Shown in pieces: positions 18,804-28,286 of a DNA stretch of 64,000 nucleotides. The notes beneath the pieces are model-generated. The model was not told the DNA's origin. It made no database searches and was given only the letters and a program-made list of their open reading frames with translations. This DNA is from a virus. Location: the IMG/VR virus record IMGVR_UViG_3300037264_001145, positions 55,616 through 119,615 of that record. One strand, given 5' to 3'. The position numbers were made by a program, and so were the translations under genes. Each line of letters opens with the position of its first letter. Positions within the stretch are counted from its first letter, which is position 1.

Positions 18804-19791
18804 TTTTATCTCTTATCGACCCTAAAAGTCTTAAAATATCAAAACTCCCATCCGAAGATACTGGCACTATCTCTTTTATTCTATCGGGAAAATGATCCCA
18901 ATAAACGATACTTTTACCACTAACATCTTCTTTCCATGGTGTTGTTAATTTAATCGCGTCCGTTAAATAATTTACCAATAATGAAAATGAACCTTGGCCA
19001 GATACAAATATGTCGGATGCGACAAGATGATAAAATGTTGAAAATACATCTTCGTCTATGTGTAATTTTATTTGTCGTTTGTCGGGAAGACGGTGCGATG
19101 ATAAAACTCGCTTTTCTTTCTCTAACATATCCCATACATATATGTGGAATGTAATGTCTTGTAGCTCTTTCATGTTGCTCAAATTTTCTATTATTTTGAA
19201 ATAATGATCAAGGCCCATCCATCTTCTATATCCATTTGCTTCTGTGACATCGCCTCTTCGGATGTGAATTCCAATATTTGTTGTGTCTTTGTCGAAATAA
19301 CACTTAAAATTTTTGACTTGTTTGGAGTTATTGTATTTTCGTTTTAGGTCGTTGTTTTCATAAATATCCCAGTCTATATCAATAAATTGTCCATCTGCCT
19401 GGCTACTTACTCTAAATAGAACATCGAGATCTTGGTTAAGCCCAGGATCTTGTATTAACTTCGCAAATTTTATATCGTCCCATGTAGTTTTTCCTTTCCA
19501 CAACCAAGGAAGTTCTATCTCTTTACACCCCTTGGGAACATCACTTGTCGCCAGTTCGCCTTCGTGAAAGTTTAAAAAATCATTCCACGCTTTCACTGGC
19601 GTTGTTATTTGATAGAAGTTTGTTCCTTTTCTGTCAAACGTTCCATCTGTTTCTCCCTGAAATGGCTGATAAACGAATTTTAGATTATATTTTTTAGCTA
19701 AAGTATATGGCACTAAAAAATTGCTAAATTGATGGCCTATTCCTGCTGCTCCACCATTATTAGCCTTCGGGTTAGATACTATGTATTTCAT
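18790..19791 (-). CDS. GT11/GT23-like (fucosyltransferase-fold) glycosyltransferase
   Basis: GIGHQ, GIHIRRGD and FVSGQGSFS motifs. Confidence 0.8.
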   Translation of the reverse strand: MKYIVSNPKANNGGAAGIGHQFSNFLVPYTLAKKYNLKFVYQPFQGETDGTFDRKGTNFYQITTPVKAWNDFLNFHEGELATSDVPKGCKEIELPWLWKGKTTWDDIKFAKLIQDPGLNQDLDVLFRVSSQADGQFIDIDWDIYENNDLKRKYNNSKQVKNFKCYFDKDTTNIGIHIRRGDVTEANGYRRWMGLDHYFKIIENLSNMKELQDITFHIYVWDMLEKEKRVLSSHRLPDKRQIKLHIDEDVFSTFYHLVASDIFVSGQGSFSLLVNYLTDAIKLTTPWKEDVSGKSIVYWDHFPDRIKEIVPVSSDGSFDILRLLGSIRDKNEKT

Positions 19792-20474
19792 TGTGGTTTA
19801 ATCCTTTCAAATAAAACATTACATGTATTAGTGCGAAGCTTATTGAAACCTGGCAACAATTTTACCAGATCTCTTTCGTAAACTCCATCTTCCCACATAT
19901 TCCCGGTACATTCTGTATATAAGTATTTTGTTATTTCTAGAGTTTCTTTTGCCCCATCAAGGAATTTGCGTTCTGCGCCATTAACGTCTGCCCATATTAA
20001 ATCTATGTTTTTTATTCCTTCTTGTTTTATAAAAGTGTCCAATCTTCTACCAAAAACACTAACTCCTTTTCCAAAAGGAATATCTGGATGTGCCCTCAAA
20101 TGTTCTTTTGGTTTATTTAAAGATCCAGAGCCGCTCCAGTCTGTTATTCCCTCCTTAATCCAATGTGGAACCCCATGGCTTTCGTAAAAAATAGTTGGTC
20201 CATCAACATCTGATATTGCTTCTTCTATCAACTTATATCTATCTCCGCAGCCCCATAATGTAGACTGGTTTTCTGACAACTCCTTGATCTTTTTTATATT
20301 TCTTGGGTCTGGTTCAAAGCTAAATACCTTGGACTTTGGAAAAACACTAAGAAAATTTCTTGTGTCCTTTCCGTCATAAGCCCCTATTTCTATAATCAAC
20401 GGGTTATCTTTGTTAATTAACCCGCCTATATATCTAATTATGTCTAGATTCATATTATGGTCTACGCTTGTCAC
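19788..20474 (-). CDS. FkbM-family methyltransferase
   Basis: IEIGAYDG, FEPDP, IDLIWADVNGAE and YLYTE motifs. Confidence 0.9.
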   Translation of the reverse strand: MTSVDHNMNLDIIRYIGGLINKDNPLIIEIGAYDGKDTRNFLSVFPKSKVFSFEPDPRNIKKIKELSENQSTLWGCGDRYKLIEEAISDVDGPTIFYESHGVPHWIKEGITDWSGSGSLNKPKEHLRAHPDIPFGKGVSVFGRRLDTFIKQEGIKNIDLIWADVNGAERKFLDGAKETLEITKYLYTECTGNMWEDGVYERDLVKLLPGFNKLRTNTCNVLFERIKPQ

Positions 20475-21007
20475 TTTTCACACTCCGTGTTTAAGCTTAT
20501 CAGTGTCCCGTTTTCAAAATCCATTTTTGGAATATAGGCGCGAGAACAATCGTCATGTTGTGAATGCTCCGTGTTTCTCCAATCCCACAACCTAATATTT
20601 TTGAATCCTATTTTTTCTAACAAATTTTTTAAAGAAACAAAATCGTAGCATGTTTTATGATATATTGTTCCGTCGCCCATTTGCATTTTTCCATAAAGCG
20701 GCCCCAAGAAATTATCTAACGAGAACATCCTTGAAAAATATAAGCGTACCATTTGTTCAAAATCTGGAACAGCTAAACGAAGAGTTCCTCCTTGTTTTAA
20801 AACCCTAAACCATTCCTCTAACACAAGCACGACTTCCGCTCTGTCGAAATACTCAAGAACATGAGAAGCATAAATTATATCAGCAGAATTATCTCCAAAA
20901 GGTAACTTTGTGACATCGTGAGAATGTAGGTATGGGAAATCTCCTCCGTCTATGCTTGTCCAGTCTGATCCAAAATCTCTTTTCCCACACCCCAAATGAA
21001 GTTTCAC
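20471..21007 (-). CDS. Class I SAM methyltransferase (type 11)
   Basis: KLHLGCG, IYASHVLEYF and RVLKQGGTLRLAVPD motifs. Confidence 0.9.
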   Translation of the reverse strand: MKLHLGCGKRDFGSDWTSIDGGDFPYLHSHDVTKLPFGDNSADIIYASHVLEYFDRAEVVLVLEEWFRVLKQGGTLRLAVPDFEQMVRLYFSRMFSLDNFLGPLYGKMQMGDGTIYHKTCYDFVSLKNLLEKIGFKNIRLWDWRNTEHSQHDDCSRAYIPKMDFENGTLISLNTECEK

Positions 21008-21423
21008 TATATGAACTCCTTGTCTTCTGTTTGGCCGTGATACGGCCCCGTTTTGTATTCGTACACAACCGTATCGTCATCTAACGACATATAGTTATGA
21101 CCGCCCTCTAGTGTGATAGAGCAATCCAAAGAATGCAATACTATGTCATCCCTCAAAATCTTATTGTCGATATCGTACAGGGTAACTTTTACCCTTCCTC
21201 TTAAGACAACCCACGACTCCTGTGCAATCTTGGTTTCATTAGAATTTTTCCATTTATGTTTGTGTGGTTTAAAAGTTTGAAGTTCACGAAGTCTGATTGT
21301 TGCCATCTGTATAAAATTATGACAAGGCACAACATCTTCTCTTCCTTCTTGAATATCAAGAAACCTATTTATTATATGTAAAAGCTTTCCTGGTATAACT
21401 TTTGAATATATGTATTCTGCCAT
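21007..21423 (-). CDS. Cupin-fold protein (WbuC-like, sugar-nucleotide cluster)
   Basis: PHKH, QESWVVLRGRV, GGHNY and YEYKTGPY motifs. Confidence 0.75.
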   Translation of the reverse strand: MAEYIYSKVIPGKLLHIINRFLDIQEGREDVVPCHNFIQMATIRLRELQTFKPHKHKWKNSNETKIAQESWVVLRGRVKVTLYDIDNKILRDDIVLHSLDCSITLEGGHNYMSLDDDTVVYEYKTGPYHGQTEDKEFI

Positions 21424-21430
21424 AATTTAT

Positions 21431-22459
21431 TTACTTTACTCTAATGGCCCCTGTCCACTTACTGCTCGATTGTATGCCTGATTTTCCGTAGTAACCAAGC
21501 CAGTATTCAACCATCTCATCCAATAATGTTTCAAACGTATATTTTGGTTTCCATCCAAGAATAGTCCTTACTTTTGTAGAATCTCCTCTTAGAAAGTTTA
21601 ATTCTTCTGGTCGTAGAAGTCTTGGATCTTGAACAACAAACTTTCTATAGTCCATACCAAGTTTACCGAAAACATAATCGCAAAGTTCTCTAACAGAATG
21701 GGCTTCGCCAGTAGCAACGGTAAAATCATCTGGTTCTTTGTGGCTTAGAATCATTTGCATCGCTCTTACATAATCATAACTGTGTCCCCAGTCTCTACTT
21801 GAATCCATATTTCCAAGCGTCAAAGTTTTTGTTAACCCAAGACTTATTTCTACCGCCCCCATGACAACTTTAGAAGTTACGAAATTACTTCCTCTGCGTG
21901 GGGATTCGTGGTTGTGAAGTATTCCATTAGAACAGAATAAGCCAAAGGCTCGGCGATAATATCTTACCATATTAAAACTAAAAAGTTTAGAGCATCCATA
22001 GACACTCACCGGGTCTTTTGGTGTCGTCTCTCTTTGAAATTTATCTTCGTCAAAATTATTTCCGAAAATCTCAGAGCTACTTGCTTGATAGAATTTAGCG
22101 CTTGGAGCAAACTTACGAAAAGCTTCTAGCATATTGGCTACGCCCAAAGCATTAATTTGTACTGTATAGATTGGTATATCCGCACTTATTCTTACGTGAG
22201 ACATAGCACCCAAATTATAGATTTCGTCTGGTTGTGATTCTTTTATGACTTTTTCTATGGAAGACCCGTCAGACAAATCTCCATAATAGGTATTTAACCT
22301 TTTAGATAAATGACATATTCTACTGTCCTGATTTTCTGCTACACTATGTCTGCGCAACATTCCATGAACATCATAGCCCAAATCCAATAAATGTTCTGCT
22401 AAATAAGAACCGTCTTGTCCACTTATACCAGTAATAAGTGCAACTCTTTTTTTGCTCAT
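21431..22459 (-). CDS. gmd: GDP-mannose 4,6-dehydratase
   Basis: ALITGISGQDGSYLAE, YQASSSE, YGCSK, NHESPRRG and RDWGH motifs. Confidence 0.97.
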   Translation of the reverse strand: MSKKRVALITGISGQDGSYLAEHLLDLGYDVHGMLRRHSVAENQDSRICHLSKRLNTYYGDLSDGSSIEKVIKESQPDEIYNLGAMSHVRISADIPIYTVQINALGVANMLEAFRKFAPSAKFYQASSSEIFGNNFDEDKFQRETTPKDPVSVYGCSKLFSFNMVRYYRRAFGLFCSNGILHNHESPRRGSNFVTSKVVMGAVEISLGLTKTLTLGNMDSSRDWGHSYDYVRAMQMILSHKEPDDFTVATGEAHSVRELCDYVFGKLGMDYRKFVVQDPRLLRPEELNFLRGDSTKVRTILGWKPKYTFETLLDEMVEYWLGYYGKSGIQSSSKWTGAIRVK

Positions 22460-23529
22460 TTTACACCTTTCGTGTCTGTATAAACCCTTTTTATTATCTT
22501 ACATATTCTTCGAATTTGCCTACTCGTCAAATCTAAGCTCGACGGTAAATATACTAGTTCTTCGGATATTTCTTTTGCGCCTGGAAATTTAGCTCTTGTT
22601 TTATATACTGGGTTGTCCGAAATACATTTATAGTATTTTGTTGCTTGAATATTTTCTGATTTTAATGCTTCTATTATTTCGTTGGCAAAATGGGTTCTGT
22701 AGACCACCATCCACAAACTTTCTTTGTCTATTGTATTCGGAGAAAATCTGTAAGGTCTAATCCCGTTTATGTAATAGTTATTGAAAACTTGCCATCGTTT
22801 TTCCAGTAGGACTTTAATATCCCTTAATTGACTTAGAACATAACTTGCTTGAATATCACTGTATCTAAAATTGACGCCAATATGCTTGTGTAGACGATCT
22901 TTTCTCCATTGATCCCCATGGTCCCTGATCTGTCCTAATCTTTTGGCTACCTTGTCATCGTCCGTCACCACAGCCCCGCCCTGACCCCCTGTAATCAATT
23001 TAGGGACACTAAAGGAGAACACCCCTACATTTCCTGTCCTGCCCGCATACGGCATCCCAATTGACTGGCATGAATCTTCTATTATTGGTATGTTATGTGT
23101 ACTACAGAATTTTTTAACAGCCCCAATATCATCTCCGTAATATGCGTTGTGATTAACGAATATTACACAACTGATGTTTTTATTAAATTTCAATTTATCT
23201 ACATCTATACAAAGCGTGTATGGATTTATGTCTACAAGCTTTACTTTATATCCCATGAATCTGGCCGCATTTGCTCCCGCCAAGAAGGTGTAGGCGGGGA
23301 ATATAATTGTAGACCCCCTTGGGAGTTTAAGGGCTTCAATAGCCATGATTAGCGCAACTGTTCCGCTCGTGGTTGTAAAGCAATATTTTGAACCAGTTAA
23401 TTTCTTGATTTCTTCTTCCAACAAAAGACATTCTGAACCCGGACCCAAATTGCCTTTGCGAAGAGTTTTAAATACAGCCCATGCATCTTTGAATCGACAT
23501 AATGGACTAAATTGAGATATTTTTTTCAT
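22456..23529 (-). CDS. DegT/DnrJ/EryC1 sugar aminotransferase (perosamine synthase-like)
   Basis: TSGTVAL, IEDSCQ and FSFSVPKLITGGQGG motifs, with the PLP lysine retained. Confidence 0.93.
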   Translation of the reverse strand: MKKISQFSPLCRFKDAWAVFKTLRKGNLGPGSECLLLEEEIKKLTGSKYCFTTTSGTVALIMAIEALKLPRGSTIIFPAYTFLAGANAARFMGYKVKLVDINPYTLCIDVDKLKFNKNISCVIFVNHNAYYGDDIGAVKKFCSTHNIPIIEDSCQSIGMPYAGRTGNVGVFSFSVPKLITGGQGGAVVTDDDKVAKRLGQIRDHGDQWRKDRLHKHIGVNFRYSDIQASYVLSQLRDIKVLLEKRWQVFNNYYINGIRPYRFSPNTIDKESLWMVVYRTHFANEIIEALKSENIQATKYYKCISDNPVYKTRAKFPGAKEISEELVYLPSSLDLTSRQIRRICKIIKRVYTDTKGVK

Positions 23530-24344
23530 ACTAAAACTTTTTCATTTAAACTATTATACAATTCTATTAGTTTGTTATTTGCACAATCTTCTGGACTGAA
23601 ATGCATCAACTTCTTGTCTGCAAAATTTTTGTCTATTCTATGTCCTACGAAATCTGACAATGTTTGAACACCAATCCCATTTGCTAAATTTCCACAATTA
23701 ACAAAAAACATATCTAGGTTTGAATAGTGGTGCAAGATGTATGTATATGTATTAAACCATAATTTTTCGAGGAAATCTTTATTTGCAACAGTTGCTTGTA
23801 AATATTCCGCATTTTTAATTATGTGAGATATGCTTTGCAGAAATTCTGACGGATGCCTAAAGACACAAATAAATTTACAGTTTTGTAAATAAGGAAGCCA
23901 AACAGGTAGGGTATATGAGAATCGCGGGTCTTTGAATAGAAATGGTTGTACGGAAATTAGTTTGAGTATTCTTTCTTGCACGCTTGCATTTACATACGCG
24001 GGATCAATGTTTTTATGACGAGGATTGCGGCGAGAATCTTTGTCAAATAGAAAGCATTCATTAAGTTTTTTAGATTCTGTAATCACTGTGTCGGTCTCTA
24101 AAGTAGCAAGCCATCCTTGTGGTGAGTTTACTTTTGTTCTTATCACATCTACTTTTGGACACGACCATAGAATATCGTCATTCAAGCCATTTACTAATGG
24201 TGTTTCAAAATATCCTTTTTCATTAAATTTATCTGCGAGGTTCCCTGCCCCCCCGATGTTATAGCTTTGTCCAGAAGTAATTGCTCCGGCCACAAGGCTA
24301 GTTCCACTTCTTCCGCATCCAAGAATTATTATATTCTTAGCCAT
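23526..24344 (-). CDS. Sulfotransferase
   Basis: ILGCGRSGTS PAPS-binding loop, KDPRF and FRHP motifs. Confidence 0.88.
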   Translation of the reverse strand: MAKNIIILGCGRSGTSLVAGAITSGQSYNIGGAGNLADKFNEKGYFETPLVNGLNDDILWSCPKVDVIRTKVNSPQGWLATLETDTVITESKKLNECFLFDKDSRRNPRHKNIDPAYVNASVQERILKLISVQPFLFKDPRFSYTLPVWLPYLQNCKFICVFRHPSEFLQSISHIIKNAEYLQATVANKDFLEKLWFNTYTYILHHYSNLDMFFVNCGNLANGIGVQTLSDFVGHRIDKNFADKKLMHFSPEDCANNKLIELYNSLNEKVLV

Positions 24345-24549
24345 TATTTTCTCGTTCTTGGATTTCGTGTTCCATACTAGCTACTTGCCATCCAATTCTC
24401 CAGTCCATGTAATCGTTTTCTTCTACCCCTTTGTCGTATGGATTGACAATTAAACCGTCACTGTTGGTAAAAGCGTCTTTGCCTAATCTGAAAGCTTTTT
24501 CGTTGAATAAATTTGGCGAATTAACCATTTTTCTTTTCCCATTCATCAT
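24337..24549 (-). CDS. Small protein with ribosome-modulation-factor-like motif
   Basis: G..AF...G...NPY......W..GW pattern. Confidence 0.45.
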   Translation of the reverse strand: MMNGKRKMVNSPNLFNEKAFRLGKDAFTNSDGLIVNPYDKGVEENDYMDWRIGWQVASMEHEIQERENNG

Positions 24550-25354
24550 AAAGGTAGTTGGGATCTCCTTCTCCCCATTCGACCCCTTCGTTTCTTACTA
24601 TACCTTCTCCACGTTTTTTATTATACAAAATTGTATTATTTCTAAATCTTTTTTTATCTTCCGTATCGGTGTAAACTTGAGGCTTTGGGTGCCAGAGATG
24701 AATTGGACGACAATTTTGATCAAAATATTGTGCTAATCCTGATTTCATTAATCTGTTGTGCATATCAGCATCAACATACCCATATGTTTTGAAATCTTCG
24801 TCATAACCACCAAGTTTCCTAAAAGCTTCCATTGGGGCACAGTGACCAAAATGCCAGCATACGTAGCTTCTTTCGTCTATTTGGTGTTCATGAGTTCTTT
24901 TTTGCAATTCTTCTGCGTTAATTTTACCACTAAAATATAAGTCCGTATCCTTTTTTTCACAAGAGTACGAGAGTCCGCCGCAACGATATAAAACTTCAGG
25001 ATGATCAAAACATCCTTTTATGAAATCTCCAGTATAAAAAAGCTCTGGATCTTTTTGGGCAAGCATTTTTGATTGTCCGTATTTGATTACAATATTTCTC
25101 ATAAAAGCGTCTCCGCGCTCCCACGGTGGAGATCTATCGAAAGTAAAATAATGTAGATTTTTTGCTTCTAGGTCTGAAAAATCTTCATGAATACTATCGT
25201 TAGCTACAAGGATCATCCATTTATCTGATGGAACAACAGTTTTTATGAGTGAGTCTAATACTCTTCTAATGTAATTTCCACGGCCAAAATTTGGTACGAG
25301 CAAGATTAAATCTCTATTTGTTATAGACCAATCAAAAGTTTTGTGTGTAATCAC
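24521..25354 (-). CDS. GT-A glycosyltransferase (GT2/GT7-like), paralog 1
   Basis: VPNFGR, AND, KDPE and GGYDEDFKTYGYVDADM motifs. Confidence 0.85.
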   Translation of the reverse strand: MITHKTFDWSITNRDLILLVPNFGRGNYIRRVLDSLIKTVVPSDKWMILVANDSIHEDFSDLEAKNLHYFTFDRSPPWERGDAFMRNIVIKYGQSKMLAQKDPELFYTGDFIKGCFDHPEVLYRCGGLSYSCEKKDTDLYFSGKINAEELQKRTHEHQIDERSYVCWHFGHCAPMEAFRKLGGYDEDFKTYGYVDADMHNRLMKSGLAQYFDQNCRPIHLWHPKPQVYTDTEDKKRFRNNTILYNKKRGEGIVRNEGVEWGEGDPNYLYDEWEKKNG

Positions 25355-25355
25355 T

Positions 25356-26123
25356 TTATCCTTCCCCCCAATTAATCTTAAGATTTCTTACAACGTTTTC
25401 GTCTCTTTTTTGAGAATATACGTCTTTCATTCCTTGATGGTTAGTGTTTATAGGTCCATGCCACAAATGAATTGGACTACAACTTTCGTCATAGAATGGT
25501 TTTAGTCCACATTTAAGCAATCTGTCATACATATCATGATCTTCTGGTCCATATGATTTAAAATCTTCATCGTAGCCATTAATTCTTCTAAAATAATCTA
25601 TTGGTACGCAATGACCATAATGCCAATAAGTATATGTATTTTTCGGTATTGTAAATTTTATAGATGCCCGGATCAATTCTGCTTCGTCTATGAACCCGTT
25701 AAAAAAACTATGTTTTTGATATTGTTTGGTTACGTATGCCAATCCCCCACATCTGTATAAAACATCTTGGTGATCTAAACAACCTTTTATAAAATCTCCT
25801 GTAAATAAAATTTCAGGATCTTTTTGTGCAAATAGCTTACATTGACAACGTTTTATGGCTATGTTGCGAATAAAAGCACCGTTACGTTCGATAAGAGGAG
25901 ATCTTTCAAACGTAAAATAATGAACATTCTTCCATTGCAAATCTTCTAGTGGTTCGTGGAACCCATCATTGATAACCAAGACTACCCACCTATCTCTTGG
26001 AACGGATGTTCTAACTAAATTATCTATAGTTCTTTGTATATAGTCCGCTCTTTGAAAGTTCGGTATAAATATAACTAAATCTTTTTTTGTTACATCCCAA
26101 TCGAAATTCTTAAAGGTTGTCAT
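25356..26123 (-). CDS. GT-A glycosyltransferase (GT2/GT7-like), paralog 2
   Basis: IPNFQR, IND, KDPE and NGYDEDFKSYGPEDHDM motifs; collinear with 24521..25354. Confidence 0.85.
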   Translation of the reverse strand: MTTFKNFDWDVTKKDLVIFIPNFQRADYIQRTIDNLVRTSVPRDRWVVLVINDGFHEPLEDLQWKNVHYFTFERSPLIERNGAFIRNIAIKRCQCKLFAQKDPEILFTGDFIKGCLDHQDVLYRCGGLAYVTKQYQKHSFFNGFIDEAELIRASIKFTIPKNTYTYWHYGHCVPIDYFRRINGYDEDFKSYGPEDHDMYDRLLKCGLKPFYDESCSPIHLWHGPINTNHQGMKDVYSQKRDENVVRNLKINWGEG

Positions 26124-27097
26124 GTTTTTACCCCCTTAACAACTGTGTTTCCAAGAGGGCCGATATATTTTACTAGATTATGTTTTGTTAATAGTAGTTG
26201 TGCGTACTCATTTGCTCTTTCGGCCTTAACTTTTTCATAAAACTCATTTTTCCCGTCAAGTTTATCATACCCACCACCGCCACATGGGTGAAAATGATCT
26301 ACTGTAACCCTATCACAATGAGCAACTTTTATTTTCTTAAAAGCTCTCAAAAAGAATACGCTATGTTCAACTACTTTAAAATCATCATCATATCCACCAA
26401 ATGCTTGAATCGCTTCTTTTTTACCCATCCAAAAAGATAGAACTATATCGACCACTGGACAACCGAATTCAATTCCTTTATCTCTTCTCTCAAAGTGAGC
26501 TATTCCTCTCGCAAGTTCCGTTTCGTTAAGACACCCAAAGTAATTAGCAAATCCTGTTACATTTCCACCCACCAAGTCTATGTTTGAATTTTCTAATATA
26601 TTTAACCATATTTCTAGTTGTGTGTGTGCTGTAAAAATAAAATCGTCGTCTAATGAAACAACATACGGGGTTGTAGCTGCGGCCATTGCTCGGTTTTTCC
26701 CATAAGAAATTCCGCTGTTATACGGCAACTTAAGAAAAGTAACATTTGGTCTTGTATTTTTAGACGGCACTCTGCTATCGTCAGCAACAATAATTTTAAT
26801 TCCTGGATAAAATTTGTCTATGCTTTTAAGGAGCCTCTCTAAACACTTAGGTCTTTCGAAGGCTTTGATCATTATTGTAACATTATCAAGCGATCCTTTC
26901 ATACCATCTCCTTTACAAAATTCTATCGGCGGAGAAATAACAATTTGTATTCCTTCTCGTATTACAGTAGCGGCTGGAAGCGTGGAAATTTGTTCCAAAA
27001 CAGAGTCTACCGTAATCGGAACTGGAGTCAAAGCCGGAGCTAATCTTCTTTGTTTCTTTTCTTCTCCAGTTAGTTCGCGCCTTTGATCATGCTTCAT
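26120..27097 (-). CDS. GT-A glycosyltransferase resembling B4GALNT1/2 (GT12-like)
   Basis: KAFERP...SI...YP...IIVADDS, TTPYVVSLDDDFIF, DLVGGNV and EHSVFF motifs. Confidence 0.75.
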   Translation of the reverse strand: MKHDQRRELTGEEKKQRRLAPALTPVPITVDSVLEQISTLPAATVIREGIQIVISPPIEFCKGDGMKGSLDNVTIMIKAFERPKCLERLLKSIDKFYPGIKIIVADDSRVPSKNTRPNVTFLKLPYNSGISYGKNRAMAAATTPYVVSLDDDFIFTAHTQLEIWLNILENSNIDLVGGNVTGFANYFGCLNETELARGIAHFERRDKGIEFGCPVVDIVLSFWMGKKEAIQAFGGYDDDFKVVEHSVFFLRAFKKIKVAHCDRVTVDHFHPCGGGGYDKLDGKNEFYEKVKAERANEYAQLLLTKHNLVKYIGPLGNTVVKGVKT

Positions 27098-27098
27098 A

Positions 27099-28286
27099 TT
27101 ATTTCCTTAAGAACAAGACCGCAGCCCTTTTTTCGTTACAATAATCGTCTTCTTTTCTCATAACAGAGGAGCATGACAAAAATGGGGTTAATCGGTGTGC
27201 TACGAATCCGCTATCTCTAAACCTTTTAGTAATATGATTTATGTCTGGAAGTTTAAGGCTCTGGTGAGTATCAATGTTACCAAAAAATACATCTGTTCTG
27301 GATTTGAGTGCGTTGGTTCCAATCTTAGTGTCTATTAAAACGGCCTCTTTGCTGGACGCAATAAGTTGGTCGATAAGGAAATCGTGTTCTTCTATATGAT
27401 GAAAAATTCCCGCGCAAATTGTAAAATCGAACTTCCTTCCGTAGAAGGTATTTTGCCAAAAGGCAGGATCGAGAATATCACAATTGATAAATTCATACCT
27501 GTCTTCTGGCAAGAACTGATTTGAACTCCAATACAAGAGACCTTGAAGAATGTACTTGTTTCTTCCCTCTAGTGCAGTTAAACTTTTCGCACCGTATCCC
27601 GCATACTTAGAACTCCAATAAGATACGTTGGACCCAATATCTAATATACTCTTGTCTTTAAAATCATATTTATTTACTACTTGATTAACTAGTAGATTTT
27701 CTCTATATGTATTTCTTGCAGATAATTCTTGTGGAGACCGGGGGGTGCCGACACCTGGGATAACCGTTTCCCCTCCTATTTTTAATGGGTAATACCATGG
27801 ATTAAGCATGTTAATAACATGATTTACATTTTGAACCCTTTTCTTTATTTCGCTAGAAGATACGCCTTTGTAGTAGGGTAGTGTGACAATCCTTGTATAA
27901 TGCGGAATGCTGGATTTAATACTTTCCCTAAGTTCGTCATCGTGAGACTCGCTTTCCACAACAACATCTGGTTTTATGTGTAATATGTTTTTGACGGGAG
28001 AATATGTGTCTTGGCAAACTACTAAATCCACATATTTTATAGACTCTATTACCCTAACTCTTTCGTCCATCGACATGATTGGAGGATTTTTTCTCTCCAT
28101 TACCGCTTCGTCTGTCAAAACTCCGACAACCAAGATGTCGCCTAAAGCCTTGGCATTTTTTAGATGAAGCACATGTCCGTAGTGAATTATATCTCCACAG
28201 ACATAAGCATAAACTATTATCGGATCGGCTGATTTCTTATGCACGGTGGATTTCCACAGTGCCATCCCTTTACTGGCGTCTTCCAT
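27099..28286 (-). CDS. Cytidylyltransferase fused to a class I SAM methyltransferase
   Basis: N-terminal GDIIHYGH (HxGH) and LVVGVLTDE motifs; C-terminal ILDIGSN, LTALEG and CAGIFHH motifs. Confidence 0.85.
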   Translation of the reverse strand: MEDASKGMALWKSTVHKKSADPIIVYAYVCGDIIHYGHVLHLKNAKALGDILVVGVLTDEAVMERKNPPIMSMDERVRVIESIKYVDLVVCQDTYSPVKNILHIKPDVVVESESHDDELRESIKSSIPHYTRIVTLPYYKGVSSSEIKKRVQNVNHVINMLNPWYYPLKIGGETVIPGVGTPRSPQELSARNTYRENLLVNQVVNKYDFKDKSILDIGSNVSYWSSKYAGYGAKSLTALEGRNKYILQGLLYWSSNQFLPEDRYEFINCDILDPAFWQNTFYGRKFDFTICAGIFHHIEEHDFLIDQLIASSKEAVLIDTKIGTNALKSRTDVFFGNIDTHQSLKLPDINHITKRFRDSGFVAHRLTPFLSCSSVMRKEDDYCNEKRAAVLFLRK

